Below are positions 26,200 through 37,779 of a stretch of 64,000 nucleotides of DNA, one piece after another. Below the pieces are notes generated by a model. That model ran no database searches. It was not told the DNA's origin and saw only the letters and a list, made by a program, of their open reading frames with translations. A program made the translations under genes and the position numbers. The stretch's first letter is position 1, and the number at the start of each line of letters is the position of its first letter. The DNA is from Trichosphaerium sp. ATCC 40318 (Eukaryota > Protista > Tubulinea). The stretch covers positions 62,001 through 126,000 of the forward strand of contig JALMLS010000450.1 in assembly GCA_038496445.1 (NCBI GenBank), written 5' to 3'.

Positions 26200-28268
26200 T
26201 TACAAGTCGGTAATACAGTCACCGATACGTGCTTTAAAGTCATTCTGATATCCCTCTTTGATAAATGGTGTTGGAAATCTACCACTACAATACACGTAAG
26301 TAAGCTGTTAATAAATAAATAAGTATTTCGTACATGACAGAATATGAACCATCGTTCTCAAGCTTTACTCTGAGTGTATTACTTCCTGAATCTCTCAACA
26401 CATGTATCGCACCCTATCCGAAAAAAATAAGAAATGAGAAATGTTTCTGATTGCACCCTGTAGATAGCAACACCTGTCTGTACATCACGTAGTTTTAATT
26501 GACTATTTGATAAAGTTGTCACATCTCTTTGTTAAGCAATTAGAACTGACAAACAAAAACTATAAAAGAAAGGTCATACGTGATTGTAAGATGAAGTGAA
26601 GCGATATCTTGAACAAGTCTATCTTTATGAAGTACTTCACCTCCCTTCAAAGATCCAATTATTGATACTGTCTGTTCTGTACTATCAAACATGATACTCA
26701 TGTACATACACGATAGAGTGATTGGAAGCTATTTAAAATAAATAACGGTATGAGGTTCTGTATCAACATCACTTACGTTTCCTCCTGTGAAACCTTCAAA
26801 TCTCAAACAAAAATCATCATTGAACTTATTGTTGGCAACATTCATCAGTTTGTATGTTCCTGAAGGGAATCCGCCTTGAAGACTGAACTCAAAACATCCA
26901 ACACTTGGTGGATCAGTTCTATTTGAAGGAGAAGGTTGAGATGTAGTCGGAGGATCAGTAGTATTCACAAACGGTAAGACAAGGATTGTTGCTTCCTCTG
27001 GAATGATATATATCTCTAAAGCATAAGTGAGTATCATACCCATTAATAAAAGGCGTGTGAACATACTCAAGTATTGGAGAATTTCCTGATCTACTTCTAC
27101 TGCCCAAAATGCCATCTCTGATAGTCGCTGAGAGTGAATAAGAGCCAGTATCTAAAACGTTGTAAATATAAACGTACATCGGAGAAGAAACATGTACGTT
27201 GAGCAACAAACGAAAAACTACAAGTAAATGATGAGTTGCTTGGCATTGTTACATTTTGAAATACGCCTTCTTGAGGTGACCTAAATTTAGAAAAAAGTGA
27301 GAAATGTGTTGTCTTCAGCTTTCCTCACATGTTATCATTACAAGTATCATTCAAAGAACAGCCACCAATGACTTGAGTGTCAGTACACATGCGAGATGAC
27401 TCGATGACTTGACCGAGACTTTGAGGTATTTCAAAATCAACAGCTACATAAACATCTTCAGCATTTGGTTCATTTACATAGTTTAAACATTCCAAAGTCA
27501 CGTGTACGATATCACCTTGTAAAAGTATAAGTTCGTACTGATCAGGAAGCATGACGTCAATAGAAAGGTTCTAACAGCTTACCTTGAACAACAGTAGTGT
27601 TGCTGAATCTATGTTCACAAACGATTGTAAACACCAAACAGATATCTTCAATTATGATACTCGCATCGTCCGAACGAACATACACTGAAAAAATTAACTC
27701 TTGTATTCTTGAGAGAACACTGTCCACTATCAGTATCCTACTAAATCTTGATGTATCAATAGTATCATTGTAAATCTCAATGCCCCAAGAATAATACTCA
27801 TCATTGGTTCGTATGCCAGCACGTAAACCAACTCTTCCTTCTTCACCACTAGTTTTAAATACCAAATAAGCTGATTCAAATTTATATTAGCATGTGATTA
27901 ATTTTATAAGTATACTTACGAACAGCTCCTCCAGGTGAAACGGCATCAGTAATATTAAAGAACGTGTATTGAACATTGCAATATCCTGGTACATCAGAAT
28001 GAACTAGCCTGAATGTGCCAGAGCTAACGGAACAACTAATAAACCCACCAGTAGGTAGAAGCGGAAATGAATATGACGCCCTAATTGTACGTCTATCTCC
28101 GAAAGATCCAGAAGGAGTTGTTGTTAGCTCAGTAGCAAACATCAACGAATCATTTGCAACAACAACTGCATCCTCTGAGAAATCAGAAAAGCGATTTGTG
28201 TTCAACGTCAGTTGGGCTTGTACTTTAACAATAATAAGAGTTATAATAGCCAGGAATATAAAACGCAT
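26200..28268 (-). CDS. Paralog C of the secreted modular family (no CTDC array; short linker; C-terminal domain)
   Basis: MRFIFL, RFSDF, IEDICLVFTIVCEHRFS, GDIVHVTLECLNYVNEP, GNSPILE, C-terminal domain ending ARIGDCITDL*. Confidence 0.8.
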
Positions 28269-28958
28269 TAATTTTACAAGATGTGTTGTTTGTTGTGTAG
28301 TTAGTTTTTGATTTGTAATCAGATTTCTGACTCCCTGTTGTTAAGCTTGTTACTTATGTGAACATGGCGCGTGTCAAGTAAAGACTACCACCTAAACCGA
28401 ACCAGTTCTCTTTATCAGCCATACGTAGATCATGATTATAAGAGAATAATGCGTAAACGAATCTCCTTACATGTCCACATTTTATTTCAGCGAGTACACG
28501 TGATTTAACACATTTTTTTTGAAACAAAACTGTGTAGCACAAGGCATGATACGAGAGACGCTTTAAAGTACAACACGTACCCCGTAGAAATAATCAAAGA
28601 CAGAACCGAATCTAAAACAACTTTTTACACCCACCTTTTCATTGTGTTAGCGAAATACGGAGACATGGAAATTCTGTGGAACACAATTACAAATAAAGTT
28701 TTGTCATCTATTTGTTCCTCAATAAATTCTTAGTATAAATAGCCAGTACATGTTGCACCTGCAATTCTTAACACAACACGTGACAAGAATAAAGAACAAA
28801 ACACTCAAGTTTAAGCTTACTTCACAGTCAGTCTGTGTAGCAACTTGCACTCATAGCAAGCACGTTTTGAAATATCGATCAACAGTTACTTTTGCAACAA
28901 AACATAACGGAGAACAGTTTATTTCGCTCCAAACAAAGTTTATTGAATATTTAAGTGG

Positions 28959-31900
28959 CTAGTACACAGCAGATATACAGTCACCAATGCGCGCTTTAAA
29001 GTCATTCTGATATCCTTCTTTGTTGAATGGTGTTGGAAATCTACCACTACAATACACGTAAGTAAGCTGTTAATAAATAAATAAGTATTTCGTACATGAC
29101 AGAATATGAACCATCGTTCTCAAGCTTTATTCTGAGTGTATTACTTCCTGAATCTCTCAACACATGTATTGCACCCTATCCGAAAAAAATAAGAAATGAG
29201 AAATGTTACTGATTGTCAATAAGTACCCTGTAGATAGCGACACCTGTCTGTAAATCACGTAATTTTAATTGACTATTTGATAAAGTTGTCACATCTCTTT
29301 GTTAAGCGATTAGAATCGGTAAAACAAAATAATAAGAAGGGTCATACGTGATTGTAAGATGAAGTGAAGCGATATCTTGAACAAGTCTATCTTTATGAAG
29401 TACTTCGCCTCCCTTCAAAGATCCAATTATTGATATTGTCTGTTCTGTACTATCAAACATGATACTCATGTACATACACGATAGAGTGATTGGAAGCTAT
29501 TTAAAATAAATAACGGTATGAGCTTCAACATCACTTACGTTTCCTCCTGTGAAACCTTCAAATCTCAAACAATAATCATCATTGAACTTATTGTTGGCAA
29601 CATTCATCAGTTTGTATGAACATACTCAAGTATTGGAGAATTTCCTGATCTACTCCAACTGCCATCATTTCCATCTCTGATAGTCGCTGAGAGTGAATAA
29701 GAGCCAGTATCTAGAAAAATTGTTATTAATAGTTGTAAAATACGATAAGGATTGTGTACTTTGAGCAACAAACGAAAAACTACAAGTAAATGATGAATTG
29801 CTTGGCATTGTTACATTTTGAAATACGCCTTCTTGAGGTGACCTAAATATAGAAGTTCATAGAGAGCTCACTCGCTATTTTATGTACGTATTATCACAAA
29901 TGTCTTTGAATACGCAGTCACCAATGAGTGGATCGCAAACAGCTTCAAAACAATCATTTGGAGGAATACACTTTGTTCTGTTTTGACATCCAAAAGAGTC
30001 ATCACAAGAATACAAAAGACATTTATCATTTCCATCACAGCTTATTTCTTCAAATACGCATCCTGATTCTCTAAATATATCTTTAGCTCTATGTATTGTT
30101 GATAGTTAGGTACTTACGGATCACATGTTGCAGTTTCACATTCACTTCTTTTCTCACAAATAAGGTTCTCTGTTTGGCATCCAATCAAAGGATCACATGT
30201 ACCCACTATACAACTGTTGTTGTTGTTATCACAAACAACAGGAGTATGTTCACAGTCACCTGTGAGTATGTTGCAAGTATCGAGAATACACTTGTTGTTT
30301 CTAAAGCAAGGGTGATTAGATAAGTTTGTGGTTGACAAAGATCGTACGAGTTACATTCAATGGGTAGACTTGTATCCAGTACACAGTTGTTTGTAGGAAT
30401 ATTGCTTGTTCCTGATACATTACAGAATGTAGATAGACACTTATTCGCGTTCTATAGGAAATGTTAATTGGTAAGTACTATGTACTTGTACTTACAATCT
30501 CAGCAGCATATACGTTGTCACAGTTTACTTCAGCACCAGTTCCGACAATCTGACAAAAAATACAAGGAGTATTTACGTTCTCACAAATTCCAGTCATGGC
30601 GTTACAAGTGTCTTCAGTACAAGCTAAACCATCATCACAGTTCTTTGGATGCTCCATACAACCCAATAGAGCTGATAAAACATAAGTATTGAAATATAAT
30701 CCATAAGAAATAACGTACGATCGCATGAATATATTGTACATGGGTCACCTTTATCACAATTGCGAGGTTCAGAGACACATCCTATTACAGGGTCGCATGT
30801 GTAGATGTTACATTTGTTTGTTCCAGAGCAATCTTTTCTTGTTCGTTTGCATCCACCATCACAGAAGTGATCCCAGCACTCATTTCTTGTTGATTCTGGT
30901 GCTCTATCTCTACACGTTGATGAAGTCACATTTACCGAGACACATCCTTGATCTTCAACACACTCTGATTCGACACATGGATCAGGAGATGTACACTCAA
31001 CAGGTGAGGTAACGCACTATGTGGTAAATTAGCTGATGATAGTAATACAAGGAAACAAGGACGTACACCATAGTCAGGATCACAAAAAGCGTTTGTACAA
31101 GTACTATTGTTTGAACACAAGTGCGAAATATCCTTGTATTCACATTGACCTCCATTACAAAAGTTAGACAATGTCTTTCTTTGATCGCTTACCAAGAGAA
31201 TTACAAGTTCCAGTTTGACACTTGTTGCTTGTTTCACAGTTGTTAAAGCATCCAATAAGTGACTGAGTCTGTAACAATAAACATTAACACGTGTTTATAA
31301 GGCAAAGAATACTTACAGTGCACATGCGAGATGAGTCGATGACTTGTCCGAGACTTTGAGGTATTTCAAAATCAACAGCTACATAAACATCTTCAGCATT
31401 TGGTTCATTTACATAGTTCAAACATTCCAAAGTCACGTGCACAATATCACCTTGTAGTAAAGTAAGTTCGAAATACGAAAGAACAGGTAGCGTTAAAAAC
31501 AAGAACAGAAAGGTCAGCGCATCTTACCTTGAACAACAGAATTGCTACTGAATTTGTGTTCACAAACAACTGTAAACACAAAACAAATATCTTGTATAAT
31601 AATCCTTGCATCATCCGTAATACCTTGCACTGTAAACGATAGCTCTTGGATTTTCGTAAGACTATTTGATACAGGTATCCTAAGAATTCTTGAACCAGCT
31701 ATGGGGGGATTTTCTAGTTCGACACTCTTTGTGAAATCATCATCCTCTGTTTGTACTCTAACACTGACTTGAACTTCGCCTTCTTCGTCTTTAGTCTTCA
31801 AGACCAAATAACCTATACAAGAGATTTTATCAGAACACGTGATAGTTGGCCAAGTAAGAGGTGTACCAACAGATGTTCCATGCGTTCCAGCTGAGATGTC

Positions 31901-32224
31901 TTCAATAGCGGAAACATTTGAAAATAGGAAGTCAACTGAACACGATCCTTGTGTTCCATACGATCGATATCTCATGAACCCCGGGCTAATAGAACATGTA
32001 AGTTGGCTGTCAGAATCACCAATTTGATAAGAAGCTTGGAGTCTGCGTATATCGCCAAATGTTGCTGGAGAAGTGGTTGTTTCATCAGTAACAACTATTC
32101 TTGAAGAATTGGCTACTACAATTGTTTCTTCTTGAAAATCAGAAAACCGATTTGTATTCAACGTGAGCTGTGCTTGTACTGCTCCAATTATTATAGCAAG
32201 GATAAATAATACTAAAAACCGCAT
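28959..32224 (-). CDS. Paralog D of the secreted modular family (CTDC array; linker deleted, C-terminal domain probably out of frame)
   Basis: MRFLVL, RFSDF, CEHKFS, CTDC repeats nearly identical to paralog A; the junction near 29620 reads PILEYVHTN*; C-terminal exons are still present down to 28959. Confidence 0.75.
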
Positions 32225-33979
32225 TATCTATGAGATGTGGTGTACTTGGTGATCAGTTTTTGATTGTTCTATGGTATTGAAAACTCACTTTTTTCTAGCT
32301 TGTAATGCTTCTCTGAAAAGAGCGCGTGTCAGTGTAAAGACTACCACCAAAATCAAGACCTGTTGTTGTACCAGTAGGTCGTTGACCGTGAGTACAAGCG
32401 AATAGTACATAACTATTCATAAAAGAAGTTCTGGCGTGTCCACATTTTATCTAAGCGAGTAATACCTTCAGATTTAAAGCGGCATTTACTATGAATAAGA
32501 ACGAATGCTTATGGCACTTCGATTCTAAAAGAAGTTCGTATGGATGCACGCTTTGACTATTCATGTGATTTAACACATTTATTGAATCAAAACTGTGCTG
32601 CACAAGGGTGGAATAAGAACGACCTTTTTTTTATCTCACTGGTTCTAGTACCGTTGTAACGTATTACCTAATGTCGTTGAATTCCGGCTGGACTTGTAGT
32701 TCGGTAAATAAAATTTCAATGTTGGCTGTACAGCCAAAGTCTAGAGGCGTAACAACGGCTAGAGGCAATTACGCAATGACCACAATGTACTCGGAAAAGT
32801 TTTAGGTTTTTCGGTTGTTTTATTCTGTCTTTATAAAACAAAGGTCTCAGGCTTTGTGGCCAAGCCGTCAAGCCAAGAGATAGGTTCTACTCCTATCTGT
32901 GTTGTTTTTTGTAGGACCCCTTTGGAGTATAGGGACCTAACTTAAAAGACAATGGACGAGATACAATGTGCTTCTATGACCGTATCATGTGCTAGCCACA
33001 AATAACAGTGTGCATACCTTGTGAGGAATTGTTTTCGCCACCTTTTGGTGTAACTGTAAGCTAGACGTTATTAACCACGCAAGTCTTAGAGCTCAAGCGA
33101 AAACAGTTGTGAATCCCATCGCAAACCACGTGGCTAAAAAATCACAACTCTTTATTATTTATCAGTATTGATGGCTTGGTGGCGTTTACAAAGCCTACGG
33201 CAGTGTACATTGTTTTATACGAGATTTTCAGTTACAACCCGTTGGCGCTGTGAGAGCGCTATTGGTAAGCGTAGTTAGGCGCACTGAGCATTTGCGCGTA
33301 CCGTCGGTTTTTACGTTGTAAAAGACAGAGAACATGTTTGATTCTATTCGCGTTACGTTTATCTAGCGTAATACGTTGCGCTTAACCATTGTACCGTTTA
33401 TCATTTGCTTTTAGCTACCGGATGACTTTTTGTCAAGCTTGAACGTACACTTCTGTGGTTTGATTGTACCGTGTACTGTGTCCGTAGGTACACTGCCTAT
33501 CGTACTGCCTATATAATGGTTTGAGAGGTGAGCTGACATATGTGTTAGCGCTGGGTATTGTTGATTGTCAGTCAAATCATAGTCGTTAGATAAAATTCAG
33601 TTTATCTCTCATCATTGTAGCGCTCCAGAAGATGTTACAACGTGCGTATTAAACAAGAATTGTTGTTAGATAAACAATTTTTCTACAAAATAAGGTTCCA
33701 AAATCCAGTCGAGCGGATTCTAATACCTAATCACATATCACAATAACCATGCCCACAAATGGACGATATTTTGTAAGCGAAGGTTGGGTTCTTGTCCCAA
33801 GCGAAGCGACGGGTTCAACCCAAAGCGAACACCGCTCTGTATTAGCTTGCATTAGCTGTTCCATGCTCAAATTGTGCTGAACAAAACTGGGAAGAAAGAA
33901 TCTACTCGAGTGGATTTGCTCCATTTTGTGGAAATGTCATCCGAATAATTGTTAACTGACCTTACCATTAGGGTCTATT

Positions 33980-35588
33980 ATGGTTAGTGGACACCCGAGG
34001 ATATACAAGAGATTTATAAAGCCCAAAGTGGCGGCACGACAACTACGACACAAACATCCAATAAGAGAGACTAAAGTACTTCCGTTTTACGGTTCATTAC
34101 AGTGTGCATACGTCCATAACTCAAGAACGATGATGATATGCTCTCCTACGCGATTTTACTCGACTGACTACGCCGCGGGTAGTTTTACATCAGATATCAA
34201 AGAGGTTAGACCTCGGTTTTATACGTTTTTGCCCTTTGATTGTATTTCGAAGAAATCACGTGTTCTGCACTTTTTGTCCACCTTTTCTGTAAAAACAGCC
34301 AGACTCTGCTACTATTTTCACCTAAATTGGGAATATGTCACGTGTTTTTACTAAACGAATTTTTTTGTTTTAGGAGGTTTACAAAAACACCACAAAAGTT
34401 TACAAACGGCAGTACTTGAGCGGAAAGAATAAAGGTTTACTCGAAAAGTTTTTTGAAAATGGTCAAGTCGGACTCCAATGCTACGTTGATGATCAAAATA
34501 GAATACAAGGGGAACACAAGAGGTGGCGTGAAAACGGCGATCTTCATAGAAAAGGTTATTGTATTGACAACAAGAGAGAAGGTGTTGAATTTTGGTATGA
34601 GAGCGGCAAACTACATCAGCAAATTTCTTTCAAAAATGATAAAAAAGAAGGTGAATACAAGTCATGGCATAAGAATGGCACTTTGAGTCATCTCGGCTTT
34701 CACAAGAATGATGTGAAAGAAGGTGAATGGAACGAGTGGTATGATAATGGTGAGCCTTATCAACAATTATCTTATGTAAATGGCAAGAAAGAAGGAGAAT
34801 TCAAGCAGTGGTACATAAGTGGACAACTAAACATACAGTGTTATTTCAAGGATGACGCAAAACATGGTGTACAAAAAGAATGGAATGAAAAAGGTCAATT
34901 AAGTCACCAAAGCGCTTTCAAAAACGGCGAAGCATGTGAAGCAAAGTGGTATGAAAATGGACAATTGAGCTCCCACTTTTTATACAACAATGGGGTTAAG
35001 GTACAAGGTAAAACGTGGTATGCAAACGGAAATTTAAAACAGCTCCAAAGTTATAAGAATGATAAGCTTGAAGGCGAAGTAAAAGAATTCTATGATAATG
35101 GTAAACCTCATCACCATTGTTTTTTTAAAAATGATAAGAAAGAAGGTGAATACAAGCAATGGTATGCAAATGGACACTTAAACACACATTGCTATTTCAA
35201 AAATGATAAAAAACATGGTGTTTCCAACCAAATGCATGACAATGGTCAAGTAAGCGTACAATTCCATTTCAAAGACGGCATAAAAGAAGGAGAGTTCAAA
35301 CAATGGTACAAAGGTGGCCAACTATTGGGACAATGTAATTACAAAAATGACAAACAAGAGGGTGAAGCAAAAGAGTGGCATGAAAATGGCCAGTTGAGAT
35401 TACTAAGTTATTTCAAAGATGGCAAGCAACAAGGTGAATACAAAGAGTGGTATGATAATGGCCAGATAAAACTATATTTTGACAAGCAAGAAGGTGATAG
35501 AATAGTAAAACAAAGACGACAAAATAGCCATAAAAGGGGTCATATATACAAACAAGCAATAGTAGTTAGGCAAAGTACTAAAAAATAA
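33980..35588 (+). CDS. MORN-variant (YwqK-like) repeat protein with putative mitochondrial presequence
   Basis: Exon 33980-34204 is spliced by a phase-0 intron (34205-34373, GTTAGA..TAG) in frame to about 14 repeats of KNDKKEGEYKQWYxNGQL. Confidence 0.8.
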
Positions 35589-36051
35589 AAGTAAATTTTT
35601 ACAAGTGCACTTGGCCAAAGAATCCTATTGTCTATTGCATTATGTTGTTCGTCGCTACCAAGGCTTCAGTCAACATTACACAGAGTTGGAAACTACAAAG
35701 CTAGTAATGTTAGTATAATCTAGGAATAACAAACAAGTCAGAATTACTTTATAAATACTTGTTTATTTTTTTTAAACTTTAACCAACAAATAAGATTTTG
35801 TGGTTTAATACAACTCATGCGCAATTTTATTCAATGTTTTGCAAATAAATAACCCAAAGAATACCCAAAAAAAAAGATTGTTTCCATTTTCATCCACACG
35901 AGAGCAGAAAAGACAAAAAAGTTCTTTCAAACTCAACTTTGCTTTCCTTTTCTTTGAAAAAAAAAAACGTGATCATCCAGCTATAAAGCCCAACCAACAT
36001 GTTGTCCTTCTCATCACCGGTGATTCATGTTCCAGTTCGGTTTTTTTACTC

Positions 36052-37492
36052 CTATAAGCTAAGATAGAAGCCAAACCGAGTTGTGTGAGGCATCAATGTT
36101 GTTGAAAGTCCGACTGCAATATTTCCGACTCCCACACAACCAAGTAACGTCATACCTTCATCTGTCTTGTATCTTACTATTCCTTGATAAGGTACACCTT
36201 CTCTTTCACCTTTGTATTGTAATCCAATAGCATGTTCGCTGTCTTTATGTAATTTCCAAGCAACTCTAAGCCCAGGCATGTACTTAAGCAAATGGACTGT
36301 TGTGGATAATTCTATGGCTTGACGTGTTTCTGTATGCATTTGCAAAGTTGATTCAGTTTGGAAATCTCCATTATCAAACACGTGACGCAAACCAAAGACG
36401 TCTAAGGCGATATTAGAAAAAGTCAGAATATTATGAGAAAAAAAAAGTTTAAGCTTTTCTTTTTAGTGCTTACGGTTTTCTTCAAAAATAAATGTAAGGT
36501 TGAACGTACAACTATATTCACCATTCCGCTCTTGAGTAGTTTTCTGTTGATTAATGGCTCCTCCAATATGAAAGGCGCCCATTTCTGGATGTGAAAAAAG
36601 ATTGTAAAGCATTTCTAAAGATAGCTTGCGTGAAGCAGACATAAGAGACACTTGTACATTCATTTTCTCTGTATCAAATTGAAAAGAGCAGTTCAAGTTT
36701 GGTGGCTAGAAAAAAGAATAAATAACAAAGCAACCAACCTCGAAAAACAACGATTTTCAAAAAAACAAGAAAAAAGGGTAAAAAAAAAAACAAAACCAGA
36801 AAAACCGCCTTGTGTCCAACACGTACGCCGTCATCTTCTAATTTTTTATGTGTTGTATGCTGACCACCAGATACATTACATGTTACATGCCTATGTAATC
36901 TTATATTTACAAACCCTTGAGTTGGTACGCTATAACTTGGTTTAACCATCGCGTAGTACAAAAATCTTCTTGATAACGTTGTGTTTGGGTAGTTTGGTAC
37001 ATCGACATATTGTTTTCCTTTGTATGGGAACGCGTATAAATGAGCTTCCTCTGTAATGAGTGTTAATGGACTTTACAAGCGTACAAGCGATGTTATAGTT
37101 AATTTGTGCAGCGTTAGCCATTTTAGGTACCTTTCAAGCGCGTTTGACGAGTTGCGTTACGAATATTCATTAATGCGTCTTTATCGAACCGTGCAGCGTC
37201 TGGTAGCTCCCTTGGAGTATAATTGCTAAATTGTAGTGTCGCCATCGACTCTAGGTATTCAGGAAGGAGTAAATCAGCGTGGCCAGTAACATTTTGACCG
37301 TTAGCGTATTCGAAAACATTTGGGGACGTCAAGTTAATGCCAACATAAGAATCCTCTTGGTTTATAGATAATAACTCTACAGTAGCGTTAATACACGCTA
37401 AAAAGTAACAAACTAGAGCGTTTACCAACGGCATATTTATCTAGGTAGCGAAAGCTACCAGGATTGTTCACAAAGTAACTGTGCGCGTCCAT
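36052..37492 (-). CDS. Mitochondrial outer-membrane beta-barrel, Mdm10-like (porin/Tom40 superfamily); start uncertain
   Basis: Amphipathic beta-strand pattern; C-terminal beta-signal-like RFGFYLSL; GINLTSPNVF and FLYYAMVKPS resemble Mdm10 blocks. Confidence 0.55.
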
Positions 37493-37779
37493 CGTAGTGT
37501 CAACAATCCATACAGCGTCTATTAAGAACAAATCAATAGTCAAACACCGTCCCTTCTGTATTTTTCTTTCCCACCAATTGCCGCAGAGTAACCTCCTTGG
37601 ACGTTAATGATTCTTGCTAAGATTTCTTTCCCAACACACACACATGTAAGGTTACGTTGACAATAAAGTTAAGGCAAATTTAAGTGGTTATAACACAGAT
37701 TTTCGGGGTTTTTTTTGATTGTACAAAAGGGGAGTTACAGGCTTTTAAAAGAGTCAATTACCATCAAACACATTGCTAT

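Noticed and set aside
32700-33924. Possible minus-strand multi-exon gene starting at ORF 33727-33924
   Set aside because: Could not build a consistent spliced frame or recognise a motif; left unresolved
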